Source: an uncultured Enterobacteriaceae bacterium
GTDB lineage: Bacteria; Pseudomonadota; Gammaproteobacteria; Burkholderiales; SG8-39
NCBI GenBank assembly: GCA_964407355.1
Contig: CAYOVM010000007.1
Span: forward strand, 1-40,894
DNA: 40,894 nucleotides
Reading direction: 5' to 3'
Position numbers and translations under genes: made by a program. The notes under the pieces were generated by a model. It did no database searches. It was not told the DNA's origin and saw only the letters and a program-made list of their open reading frames with translations. This document shows, piece by piece, positions 17,863 to 25,767 of this stretch; the first letter of the stretch is position 1; each line of letters opens with the position of its first letter.

Positions 17863-17951
17863 AGTCTTGTTATAGCCTAGGGATTGCCCGATTTTCTAGG
17901 GTAATCCCCGATGGTCGGGCTATGCTCTGCGGGGGAGGATATCGTCCACCC

Positions 17952-20900
17952 ATGCACCCTATGCCCGACTACAAGCACGGCCGGCAGCTCACCGCTGTCC
18001 GGGTCCTGCTGATCGAGGACGACGAGCCGTTTGCCGGCCTTGTGCGGGCGAACCTCGAGCGCGTGGAGTGGGGCGAGCTGTCGATCGAGCATGCGGCGAC
18101 CATGCGCGACGCTCTGGCGCGGCTCGAGCGCGGCGGCATCGATCTGGTCATCACCGATCTCAACCTGCCCGACTCCAAGGATCTCGACACCGTCGAGAGC
18201 CTGGTGCGGGTGACCGACCGGCTGATTCTCGTCCTCACCGGAGAGCGCGACGAGCGCTTGCGCGAGGCGGCCCTGGAGGCCGGCGCCTACGATCTGATGA
18301 GCAAGGACCGGGTCGACCATACCGAGCTTGAGCGGCTGGTCCGGCTCGCGGCGATGCACGTGAACAGCTTCCGCACCCTGCGCGACAGCGAGGAGCGCTT
18401 CCGCGCCCTGGCGGAGCTCGCCGCCGACTGGTACTGGGAACAGGACGCCGAGCTGCGCTTCGTGGCTACGGGGAGCGCCACCAACGCGCCCGGAGGCATT
18501 ACCACGGCCGAAGCGTACGTCGGCAAGCGCCGCTGGGAATTGCCCGGCACCGAGATCCTGAATCAGACGTGGGACGAGCACAAAGCGGTCCTCGCGGCGC
18601 GAAAGCCGTTCCATGACCTCATGCTGCGGCGCCTCGGGCCCTCCGGCGTGGCGCACTACATCAGCGTTTCGGGCGGACCGATTTTCGACCAGGGCCGCTT
18701 CCGCGGCTACCGCGGCGTGGGAAAGGACGTCAGCGCGCGCGTGCGAATGGATTTGCGGCTGGCGATCGAGCATTCCGTCACGCGTTTGCTGGGGGAAGCG
18801 AACAGCATCGCCGAGGCGTCGCCGCGGATCATCCGCATGATTTGCGAGACCCTCGGATGGACCTGCGGCGCTCGTTACGAATCCGACGAGCGGAGCCAGA
18901 CGATGGTATGCGCCGAAACCTGGGGCATTCCCTCCGCCGCCGTCAGCGCTTTCCTCGAGGTCCCGCGCGGGCGGCCCATGCCGTTGACCGAGTCCGGCCT
19001 GAACCGGCGAGCCTGGACGCAAGGCAGGCCGATGTGGATTCGAGACGTCACCCAGGACGCGAGCTTCGTGCGCGCGCCTGACGCAGTGAAGGCGGGGCTG
19101 CACAGCGCCTTTGCCTTTCCGATCAAGGTGGACGCGCAGTCGATCGGCGCCATGGAATTCTTCAGCCGCGAGATCCATCAGCCCGACGCCGAGCTGCTCG
19201 AATGCATGACCAACGTCGGCAGCCAGATCGGCCAGTTCATTCAGCGCAAGCGCGCCGAGGAGGAGCAGCGCCGGTTCCGGGCGGCCATCGACGTGTCCGC
19301 GGATCTGGTCCTGCTCGTCGACCCGGAAAGCGTGCGGCTGGTCGATGCCAACGAAACGGCCTGCCGCACGCTCGGCTACAGCCGCGAAGAGCTGCTCGCC
19401 ATGGGTCCGCATGACGTCTACGTCGCATCGCGCGAGGATCTGGCGCAAACCTACCGTGGCCTGATCGCCGGGGATGCGGGCGCGACGAGCGCGCACGGCT
19501 GGTTCCGGCGCAAGGACGGGTCGCGGTTCGCGATCGAATTGTCCCGCCGTGTCGTGCCTTCCGGGAAGGGGCATGTCATCGTGGTGGTCGCGCGCGACGT
19601 CGGCGAGCGCAAGCGCTCCGAGCAGCTGCTGAAGCTCGAGCACACGGTGACGCGGTCACTCGCCGAGGCGCGAACCGTGTCCGAGGGGCTGAAGGACGTC
19701 ATACGCAGAGTGTGCGAGACCCTGGACTGGGAGTGCGGCCGATACTTCCGGGTGGACGAGCAGGCAGGCTTGCTGCGCTTTGCGGAGGGATGGAGCGTCC
19801 CGGATGAGCCGATCGAGCGTTATGTCGCCGCGTCGCGCAGCGTCACGCACTCGCGCGGCGTCGGATTGACGGGCCATGCCTGGCAGTCGGGCGCCCCCCT
19901 TTGGATTGCCGACGTCAGCAAGGACCCCCGCACGGCGGAAAAGGCGCTGTCGGCCAAAATCGGCATGCATGCCGCGTTCGTCTTCCCCCTGATCTCCGCC
20001 GCCGGAAATACCATCGGCGTGCTGGCATTCGACAGCCGTCAATCCCGCGAGCCGGATACGCGGCTGCTGCAGTCCATAAGCGTGATCGGCAGCCAGATCG
20101 GCCAGTTCGTGCAGCGCAAGGAGGCGGAGGAAGTCCTGCGTGAAAGCGAGGCGCGGTTTCGCAGCCTGACCGAGCTTTCTTCGGACTGGTACTGGGAGCA
20201 GGACGAGCATTTCCGCTTCACCGGCATGACGGACGCGATCCGCTCGCAGGCCGGCCTGGACGCCTCGGACCGCATCGGCAAGACGCGCTGGGACCTGCCG
20301 GCGCTCAACATGAGCGAGGCGGATTGGGCGGCGCACCGCGCCGTCCTGGAGGCGCACCGTCCGTTCCACGATCTCGAGCTGTGCCGTGCCACGCCCGAGG
20401 GCAAGCTCGTCTACATCAGCATCAGCGGCCAGCCCATTTTCGACGCGGAAGGCCGGTTCAAGGGCTATCGCGGCGTGGGAAAGGACGTCACCGCGCGCAA
20501 GCGAGGGGAAGAAGAGCTGCGCCGCTTCCGTTCCGCCATCGACAGCTCGGCCGACATGGTGCTGCTGGTCGACCGCGCCACGATGCGCTATCTCGATGTC
20601 AATGAGGCCGTGTGCCGGCTGCTCGGCTACTCGCGCGAAGAGCTGCTGAAGATGGGGCCGGAGGAGCTGCTGCTGCGTCCGCAGGACCTGCGGCCGGTGG
20701 GACGCAAGGAGCTCGAGCGGGCCCACGACGAGCTGATCGCGAATCCGGGCGTGCATACCGGCATGCGGGCCATCTACCGCTGCAAGGACGGCTCGCTGCT
20801 GCCGACGGAGCTCACGCGCACCGCGCTGTCCTCCGGCAACGCCGACCTTACCGTCGTCATCGCGCGCGACATCCGGGCGCAGATCGCCGCAGAAAAGGCG

Positions 20901-23900
20901 ATTCGCGAGAGCGAGGCGCGCTTTCGAAGCCTGACGCAGCTCTCCTCGGACATGTACTGGGAGCAGGACGAACAGTTCCGCTTCACCTCGCAGTCCGGCG
21001 TCGGCTCCAAGCGGGTCGGCGCCGAGGTCTTCCCGCTGATCGGGAAGAAGCGGTGGGAGCAGAACTACGTCAACATGACGGCGGACGACTGGGCCCGGCA
21101 CCGTGCGCTGCTCGAGGCGCACCTGCCGTTCCGCGACCTGGAGCTTTGCCGGCTGGACGAAAGCCGCCAGAAGGTCTGGCTCAGCATCAGCGGCGAGCCG
21201 GTGTTCGGCGATGACGGCGCCTTCAAGGGCTATCGCGGCGTCGGCAAGGACATCACCGGACGCAAGCGCGCGGAGCAGCTGGTGGAGCTCGAGCACAAGG
21301 TCACCCGCTCCCTGTCCGAGGCGGAGAGCGCCTCGGCGGGGCTGGTGGCGGCCATCCGCGCGGTGTGCGAGACCGAGGGATGGGAATGCGGACGGTACTT
21401 CCACCCCGACGAGAAAGCGGGTGTGCTCTGCCTGGGCGCGAGCTGGGGCGTTCCCATCCCCGAGATCGAGCGCTTTATCGAGGCGTCGCGCGACCTGGTC
21501 TACGCGCCGGGCGTCGGCCTTTTGGGCCGGGTGTGGCAGAGCGGCGAGCCGATGTGGGTGCCCGATGTGCATGTGGACGAGCGGGTGTCGCAAGCGGCGC
21601 TCGCCCGCAATTGGGGCATCCACGGCGCGTTCGTCTTCCCGGTCATGTCGGAAGGAAAGACGATCGGCGTGCTCGCGTTCAACAGCCGCGAGGCGCGCCA
21701 GCAGGAGGAGCGGCTGCTGCAGGCGATGGGGGTCATCGGCAGCCAGATCGGCCAGTTCGTGCGGCGCCAGCAGGCGGAGCGGGTGCGGCGCGAAAGCGAG
21801 GAGAAGTTCCGCGCCCTGACCGAGCTGTCCTCGGACATGTACTGGACGCAGGACACCGAGTACCGCTTCACGTCCTTTTCCGGAAACAGCAGGGCGCTCG
21901 CGATACGGCTGCTCGGCAAGTGCCGCTGGGACGAGGAGTCCTTCAACATGACGCCGGCCGACTGGGCCGCGCACAAGGCGCTCCTGGACGCACGCCAGCC
22001 TTTTCGCGATGTCGAGCTGGGGAGAACCGGCGAGACGGGCGAGACGTGGTGGGTGAGCATCAGCGGCGCGCCGGTATTCGACGATGCGGGCAATTTCATC
22101 GGCTACCGGGGCATCAGCAAGAACATCACCGCGCGCAAGCGGGCCGAGCATCTGCGGGCGCTGGAGCACGCCGTGAGCCGCAGCCTTACCGAAGTGGAGA
22201 GCGCGTCGGAGGGCCTGAAGGCGGCGATCCGCGCGGTGTGCGAATCGGAGCACTGGGAGTGCGGCCGTTACTTCCAGGTCGACGAAAAGGCCGGGCTGCT
22301 GCGCTTCGCGGACGCCTGGGCCATACCGGATCCCGACGTCGAGCGCTTCATCGAGGGGTCCCGCCATCGCACCTACAGCCCGGGGGTCGGGCTGTCGGGG
22401 CTGGTGTGGCAGTCCGGACAGACGGTGTGGTGCGCCGACATCACCAAGGACCCGCGCGCGTCGTCGGCTTCGGCCGGAACGAAGGCGCCGCGCGAGTTGG
22501 GCGCGCACGGCACGTTCGTTTTTCCGGTCTTCTCGGACGGAAAGACGATCGGCGTGCTCAGCTTTGCCTCGCGCAAATTCCACGAGCCCGAGGAGCGGCT
22601 GCTGGAGGCGGTGCATGTGATCGGCGGCCAGATCGGCCAGTTCGTGCAGCGCAAGCAGGCCGAGGAGGTGCGGCGCGAGAGCGAGGAGCGTTTCCGCAGC
22701 CTTACCGGGCTGTCCTCCGACTGGTACTGGGAGCAGGACACCGACTACCGCTTCACGCTGATATCGAGCGCCGTGAAGGACGGCGCCGGCGCGGGCCCCA
22801 AGCTCAACCTCGGCAAGGCGCGCTGGGACCAGCCCGCGCTCAACATGACCGAGGCGGACTGGGCGGCGCATCGCGCGCTCCTCGACGCGCGCAAGCCGTT
22901 CTACAACCTGGAGTTGCAGCGGCGCACGGAAGAGGGCCTGCCGAGGTACATCAGCATCAGCGGCGAGCCGATGTTCGACGCCGCCGGCGCCTTCAAGGGC
23001 TACCGCGGCATCGGCAAGGACATCACCGAGCGCAAGCGCGCGGAGCAGCTGGTAATGCTCGAGCACACGGTGGCGCGCTCTCTCGCCGCCGCGGACGACA
23101 TCCCGCAGCTGCTGAAGGCGGCGATCCGCGCCGTGTGCGAGACCGAAGGCTGGGAATGCGGTCGCTATTTCCGGGTGGACGAGAACGCGGGCCTGCTGCG
23201 CTTCGCCGAGGCCTGGAGCGTGTCGGGCGAACTGATGGATCGCTTCATCGAGAAATCGCGCGGATTGTCCTACAAACCGGGGGTCGGATTGATGGGGCAG
23301 GTTTGGCAGTCGGGCGAGCCGATCTGGAGCGCCGACATCGCCAAGGACCCGCGTATCCATGCGGGGATCGCGCGTGAGATCGGCATGCACGGCTCATTCG
23401 TCTTCCCGGTGCGCTCGGAGGGAAAGACGATCGGCGTTCTCATATTCCACAGCCGCGAAATCCGCCAGGCCGAGCCGCGGCTGCTGAGCTCGATAAGCGT
23501 GATCGGCAGCCAGATCGGCCAGTTCATGCAGCGCAAGCAGGCCGAGGAGCGCCAGGCGAGGCATACCCGGTACCAGGAGAAGATCGCGCGGTTCGGCGCC
23601 TCGGCGCTCGCCAAGCGCGAGGCGGTGGAGCTGGTCGAGGACGCCCTGCAAACCGTCATCGAGGCCCTGCCCACGACCGTGGTGGCCTATGTCGAGCCGG
23701 GCGCGGAGGCGCGCGAGGTGGTAATGCGCGGCCTGACCGGCCTCGCGAGCGGCGAGGGCGCCGCGGTCGCGGTCTACGACAGCGACGAGCACCTGGCGCG
23801 GCCGCTGGAGCGCGGCGAGCTCGCGATCGTGGACCGGCCCGCCTCAGGGCCCGGCCTGCTGCCTTTCTACTGGGCGGGCGCGTTCAGCGGCGCCGCGCTC

Positions 23901-25406
23901 GTCCCGGTGCACGGCGACAATCGCGTGCAGGGCGCGCTCTGCGTGCTTTCGGAGACGCCGGGCGTTTTCGGCGCGGAAGAATCCAAATTCCTGGTGACCG
24001 CCGCGAGCGTGCTCTCGGCCGGCCTGCGGCGCATCCACAGCGAGGGGCGCCTCGCGTTCCTCGCGCAATTCGACGCGCTCACCGGGCTGCCCAACCGGGC
24101 GCTCCTCGCGGATCGCTTCTCGCAGATGATCGTTCAGGCGCGCCGCCATGCGAAGCCGCTCGGGGTGCTGTTCATCGACCTCGATGACTTCAAGCTGGTG
24201 AACGATTCGCTGGGCCACGCCGGCGGCGACGAGCTCCTCAAGGAGACCGCGCGCCGCCTGCAGTCGTCGGTGCGCGCCGGCGACACGGTGGCGCGCATCA
24301 GCGGCGACGAGTTCGCGGTGATCCTGGGCGATCTCGCGCGGCCCGACGACGCCGCGATCGTGGCGCAGAAGATCATCGACTGCCTGGCGACGCCCGTGAA
24401 GGTAAGGGGGCACGAGGTGTTCGTCACGGCGAGCATCGGCATCGCCGCGTTTCCCGCCGACGGCGGCGATGCGGAGGCGCTGCTCGGCGCCGCCGACGCG
24501 GCGATGTACCGGGCGAAGCAGTCCGGGCGCAACGCCTACCAGTTCTTCACCGCCGACATCAACCAGCGCACGCGCGCCCGCGCCCAGCTCGGCTCGGAGC
24601 TGCGCCGCGCCCTCGAGCGCGGCGAGTTCGCGCTCGCGTACCAGCCGAAGTTCGACCTGCGCAGCGGCCGGCCGTGCGCCGCCGAGGCGCTGCTGCGCTG
24701 GCGCCATCCCGAGCGCGGCCTCGTGCCGCCGGTGGAGTTCATCCCGGTGCTCGAGGAGACCGGGCTCATCGTGCAGGTCGGCGAATGGGTGCTGCGGCGC
24801 GCCTGCGAGGATCTGAAGGCGTGGCGGGCGGCGGGGCTGCTGCCGATGCAGGTGGCGGTCAACCTCTCCGCGCGCCAGTTCCGCCAGCAGGACCTGCACG
24901 TGAGGATCCGCGACCTTGTGAGCGCCGCGGGCGTCGCGCCGGAGATGATCGAGCTCGAGATCACGGAGAGCCAGCTGATGCAGGATCCCGACCATGCGAG
25001 GCGCGTGATCCAGGCGCTGAGCGAGGGCGGGATCGGCGTCGCGATCGACGATTTCGGCACCGGCTACTCGAGCCTGTCGTACCTGACGCGCTTCCCGGTG
25101 TCGGCGCTCAAGATCGACCGCTCGTTCGTCGCCGACGTGCTGAGCGACCGCGCCGCCGCGGCGATCGTGCGCACCATCATCGACATGGCGCACACCCTGG
25201 GCTTCATCGTCATCGCCGAAGGCGTCGAGACCGAGGCGCAGGCGGTGCTGCTGCGCGGCCTGGGCTGCGAGCAGGCGCAGGGCTACTTCTTCGCGAAGCC
25301 CCAGCCCGAGGCCGAGTTCAGGAAGCTGATCGCGTCCTACTCGAAGGATTCAGCGATCGATTCCGCCGCCGGCTCAGCCGGCCACAAGGTACGCCGCAAG
25401 CGCTAG
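17952..25406 (+). CDS. Giant (~2,484 aa) REC-PAS-GAF-PAS-GAF-PAS-PAS-PAS-GAF-PAS-GAF-PAS-GAF-(degenerate GAF)-GGDEF-EAL signalling protein
   Basis: REC: VLLIEDD...LVITDLNLPDS...LVLTG...SKD. Five PAS copies of the DWYWEQD...GYRG(V/I)GKD(I/V)T type and two of the AID(V/S)SADxVLLVD type. Five GAF copies (CE[TS]xxW[ET]CG...GVGL.G..WQSG.P.W..D...DPR...G.H.AFVFP...G.TIGVL.F.SR...IGSQIGQF). GGDEF domain with SGDEF. EAL blocks EALLRW, ELEITE, DDFGTGYSSLSYL, KIDRSF, EGVET, QGYFF. Start set at ATG 17952 (GGAGGA at 17934-17939). The ORF-track start at 17334 lies inside the upstream deacetylase gene. Confidence 0.9.
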   Translation: MHPMPDYKHGRQLTAVRVLLIEDDEPFAGLVRANLERVEWGELSIEHAATMRDALARLERGGIDLVITDLNLPDSKDLDTVESLVRVTDRLILVLTGERDERLREAALEAGAYDLMSKDRVDHTELERLVRLAAMHVNSFRTLRDSEERFRALAELAADWYWEQDAELRFVATGSATNAPGGITTAEAYVGKRRWELPGTEILNQTWDEHKAVLAARKPFHDLMLRRLGPSGVAHYISVSGGPIFDQGRFRGYRGVGKDVSARVRMDLRLAIEHSVTRLLGEANSIAEASPRIIRMICETLGWTCGARYESDERSQTMVCAETWGIPSAAVSAFLEVPRGRPMPLTESGLNRRAWTQGRPMWIRDVTQDASFVRAPDAVKAGLHSAFAFPIKVDAQSIGAMEFFSREIHQPDAELLECMTNVGSQIGQFIQRKRAEEEQRRFRAAIDVSADLVLLVDPESVRLVDANETACRTLGYSREELLAMGPHDVYVASREDLAQTYRGLIAGDAGATSAHGWFRRKDGSRFAIELSRRVVPSGKGHVIVVVARDVGERKRSEQLLKLEHTVTRSLAEARTVSEGLKDVIRRVCETLDWECGRYFRVDEQAGLLRFAEGWSVPDEPIERYVAASRSVTHSRGVGLTGHAWQSGAPLWIADVSKDPRTAEKALSAKIGMHAAFVFPLISAAGNTIGVLAFDSRQSREPDTRLLQSISVIGSQIGQFVQRKEAEEVLRESEARFRSLTELSSDWYWEQDEHFRFTGMTDAIRSQAGLDASDRIGKTRWDLPALNMSEADWAAHRAVLEAHRPFHDLELCRATPEGKLVYISISGQPIFDAEGRFKGYRGVGKDVTARKRGEEELRRFRSAIDSSADMVLLVDRATMRYLDVNEAVCRLLGYSREELLKMGPEELLLRPQDLRPVGRKELERAHDELIANPGVHTGMRAIYRCKDGSLLPTELTRTALSSGNADLTVVIARDIRAQIAAEKAIRESEARFRSLTQLSSDMYWEQDEQFRFTSQSGVGSKRVGAEVFPLIGKKRWEQNYVNMTADDWARHRALLEAHLPFRDLELCRLDESRQKVWLSISGEPVFGDDGAFKGYRGVGKDITGRKRAEQLVELEHKVTRSLSEAESASAGLVAAIRAVCETEGWECGRYFHPDEKAGVLCLGASWGVPIPEIERFIEASRDLVYAPGVGLLGRVWQSGEPMWVPDVHVDERVSQAALARNWGIHGAFVFPVMSEGKTIGVLAFNSREARQQEERLLQAMGVIGSQIGQFVRRQQAERVRRESEEKFRALTELSSDMYWTQDTEYRFTSFSGNSRALAIRLLGKCRWDEESFNMTPADWAAHKALLDARQPFRDVELGRTGETGETWWVSISGAPVFDDAGNFIGYRGISKNITARKRAEHLRALEHAVSRSLTEVESASEGLKAAIRAVCESEHWECGRYFQVDEKAGLLRFADAWAIPDPDVERFIEGSRHRTYSPGVGLSGLVWQSGQTVWCADITKDPRASSASAGTKAPRELGAHGTFVFPVFSDGKTIGVLSFASRKFHEPEERLLEAVHVIGGQIGQFVQRKQAEEVRRESEERFRSLTGLSSDWYWEQDTDYRFTLISSAVKDGAGAGPKLNLGKARWDQPALNMTEADWAAHRALLDARKPFYNLELQRRTEEGLPRYISISGEPMFDAAGAFKGYRGIGKDITERKRAEQLVMLEHTVARSLAAADDIPQLLKAAIRAVCETEGWECGRYFRVDENAGLLRFAEAWSVSGELMDRFIEKSRGLSYKPGVGLMGQVWQSGEPIWSADIAKDPRIHAGIAREIGMHGSFVFPVRSEGKTIGVLIFHSREIRQAEPRLLSSISVIGSQIGQFMQRKQAEERQARHTRYQEKIARFGASALAKREAVELVEDALQTVIEALPTTVVAYVEPGAEAREVVMRGLTGLASGEGAAVAVYDSDEHLARPLERGELAIVDRPASGPGLLPFYWAGAFSGAALVPVHGDNRVQGALCVLSETPGVFGAEESKFLVTAASVLSAGLRRIHSEGRLAFLAQFDALTGLPNRALLADRFSQMIVQARRHAKPLGVLFIDLDDFKLVNDSLGHAGGDELLKETARRLQSSVRAGDTVARISGDEFAVILGDLARPDDAAIVAQKIIDCLATPVKVRGHEVFVTASIGIAAFPADGGDAEALLGAADAAMYRAKQSGRNAYQFFTADINQRTRARAQLGSELRRALERGEFALAYQPKFDLRSGRPCAAEALLRWRHPERGLVPPVEFIPVLEETGLIVQVGEWVLRRACEDLKAWRAAGLLPMQVAVNLSARQFRQQDLHVRIRDLVSAAGVAPEMIELEITESQLMQDPDHARRVIQALSEGGIGVAIDDFGTGYSSLSYLTRFPVSALKIDRSFVADVLSDRAAAAIVRTIIDMAHTLGFIVIAEGVETEAQAVLLRGLGCEQAQGYFFAKPQPEAEFRKLIASYSKDSAIDSAAGSAGHKVRRKR
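18390..23545 (+). repeat. Intragenic tandem array of diverged PAS and GAF coding modules (~0.35-0.5 kb each; PAS+GAF period ~0.87-0.89 kb)
   Basis: The GSQIGQF-encoding 21-mer recurs at 19218, 20088, 21738, 22623 (1 mismatch) and 23505. The WYWEQD-encoding motif recurs near 18429, 20187, 20951, 21836 and 22722. Confidence 0.85.
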
Positions 25407-25715
25407 CCCGAGCAGCCCTACCACGACGCTCAGGATCACCGAGAAGTTCACCCAGTAGCCCGGCGGGATCTCGACCGGCCGCAGGCTCGCGACCGCGCGC
25501 CGGTAATGAACCGCCGAGAGCGCGCTAAGCGCGACGCCGACGAGCACGAAGGCGACGCCGATCCACAGCGCGCCGCGGCTTTGCGCGCCCTGCACCACCA
25601 GGCCCGCGCGATCGACGAGAAAGCCGAACGCCATCAGGCCGGCGGAGGTGCGGCTCCAGGCGAGCAGCGTTCTTTCGGCGGCGAACAGCACCCGTGGATC
25701 GTTCAGGTCGCTCAT
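25374..25715 (-). CDS. DUF202 (YidH-like) small membrane protein
   Basis: 113 aa. Motifs: DPRVLFAAERTLLAWSRTSAGLMAFGF, plus two further TM segments. Its 3' end overlaps the giant gene's 3' end by 33 nt (convergent). Confidence 0.8.
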   Translation of the reverse strand: MSDLNDPRVLFAAERTLLAWSRTSAGLMAFGFLVDRAGLVVQGAQSRGALWIGVAFVLVGVALSALSAVHYRRAVASLRPVEIPPGYWVNFSVILSVVVGLLGLALAAYLVAG

Positions 25716-25738
25716 TTCACAACTATAAAGCGAATCGC

Positions 25739-25758
25739 AAAAGAGCGCCCGCCGCTCT
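25739..25758 (-). terminator. Candidate intrinsic terminator after the DUF4139 gene
   Basis: Minus strand reads AGAGCG-GCGGG-CGCTCT followed by TTTT. It begins 10 nt after the stop at 25768. Confidence 0.4.
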
Positions 25759-25767
25759 CGCGGCTTC

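Noticed and set aside
17334-17951. Upstream extension of the giant ORF to 17334 (2,690 aa).
   Set aside because: It overlaps the polysaccharide-deacetylase gene in another frame and translates to Arg/Ala/Pro-rich filler. The receiver domain and a GGAGGA SD support a start at 17952.
17877-23390. Very long minus-strand ORFs antisense to the giant gene (17877-19643, 588 aa; 19656-23390, 1,244 aa).
   Set aside because: Their translations are Arg/Ala/Gly/Pro/His-rich low-complexity sequence with no recognisable motifs. The plus-strand frame has dense, repeated PAS/GAF signatures. Stop-free antisense frames are expected at this GC content.
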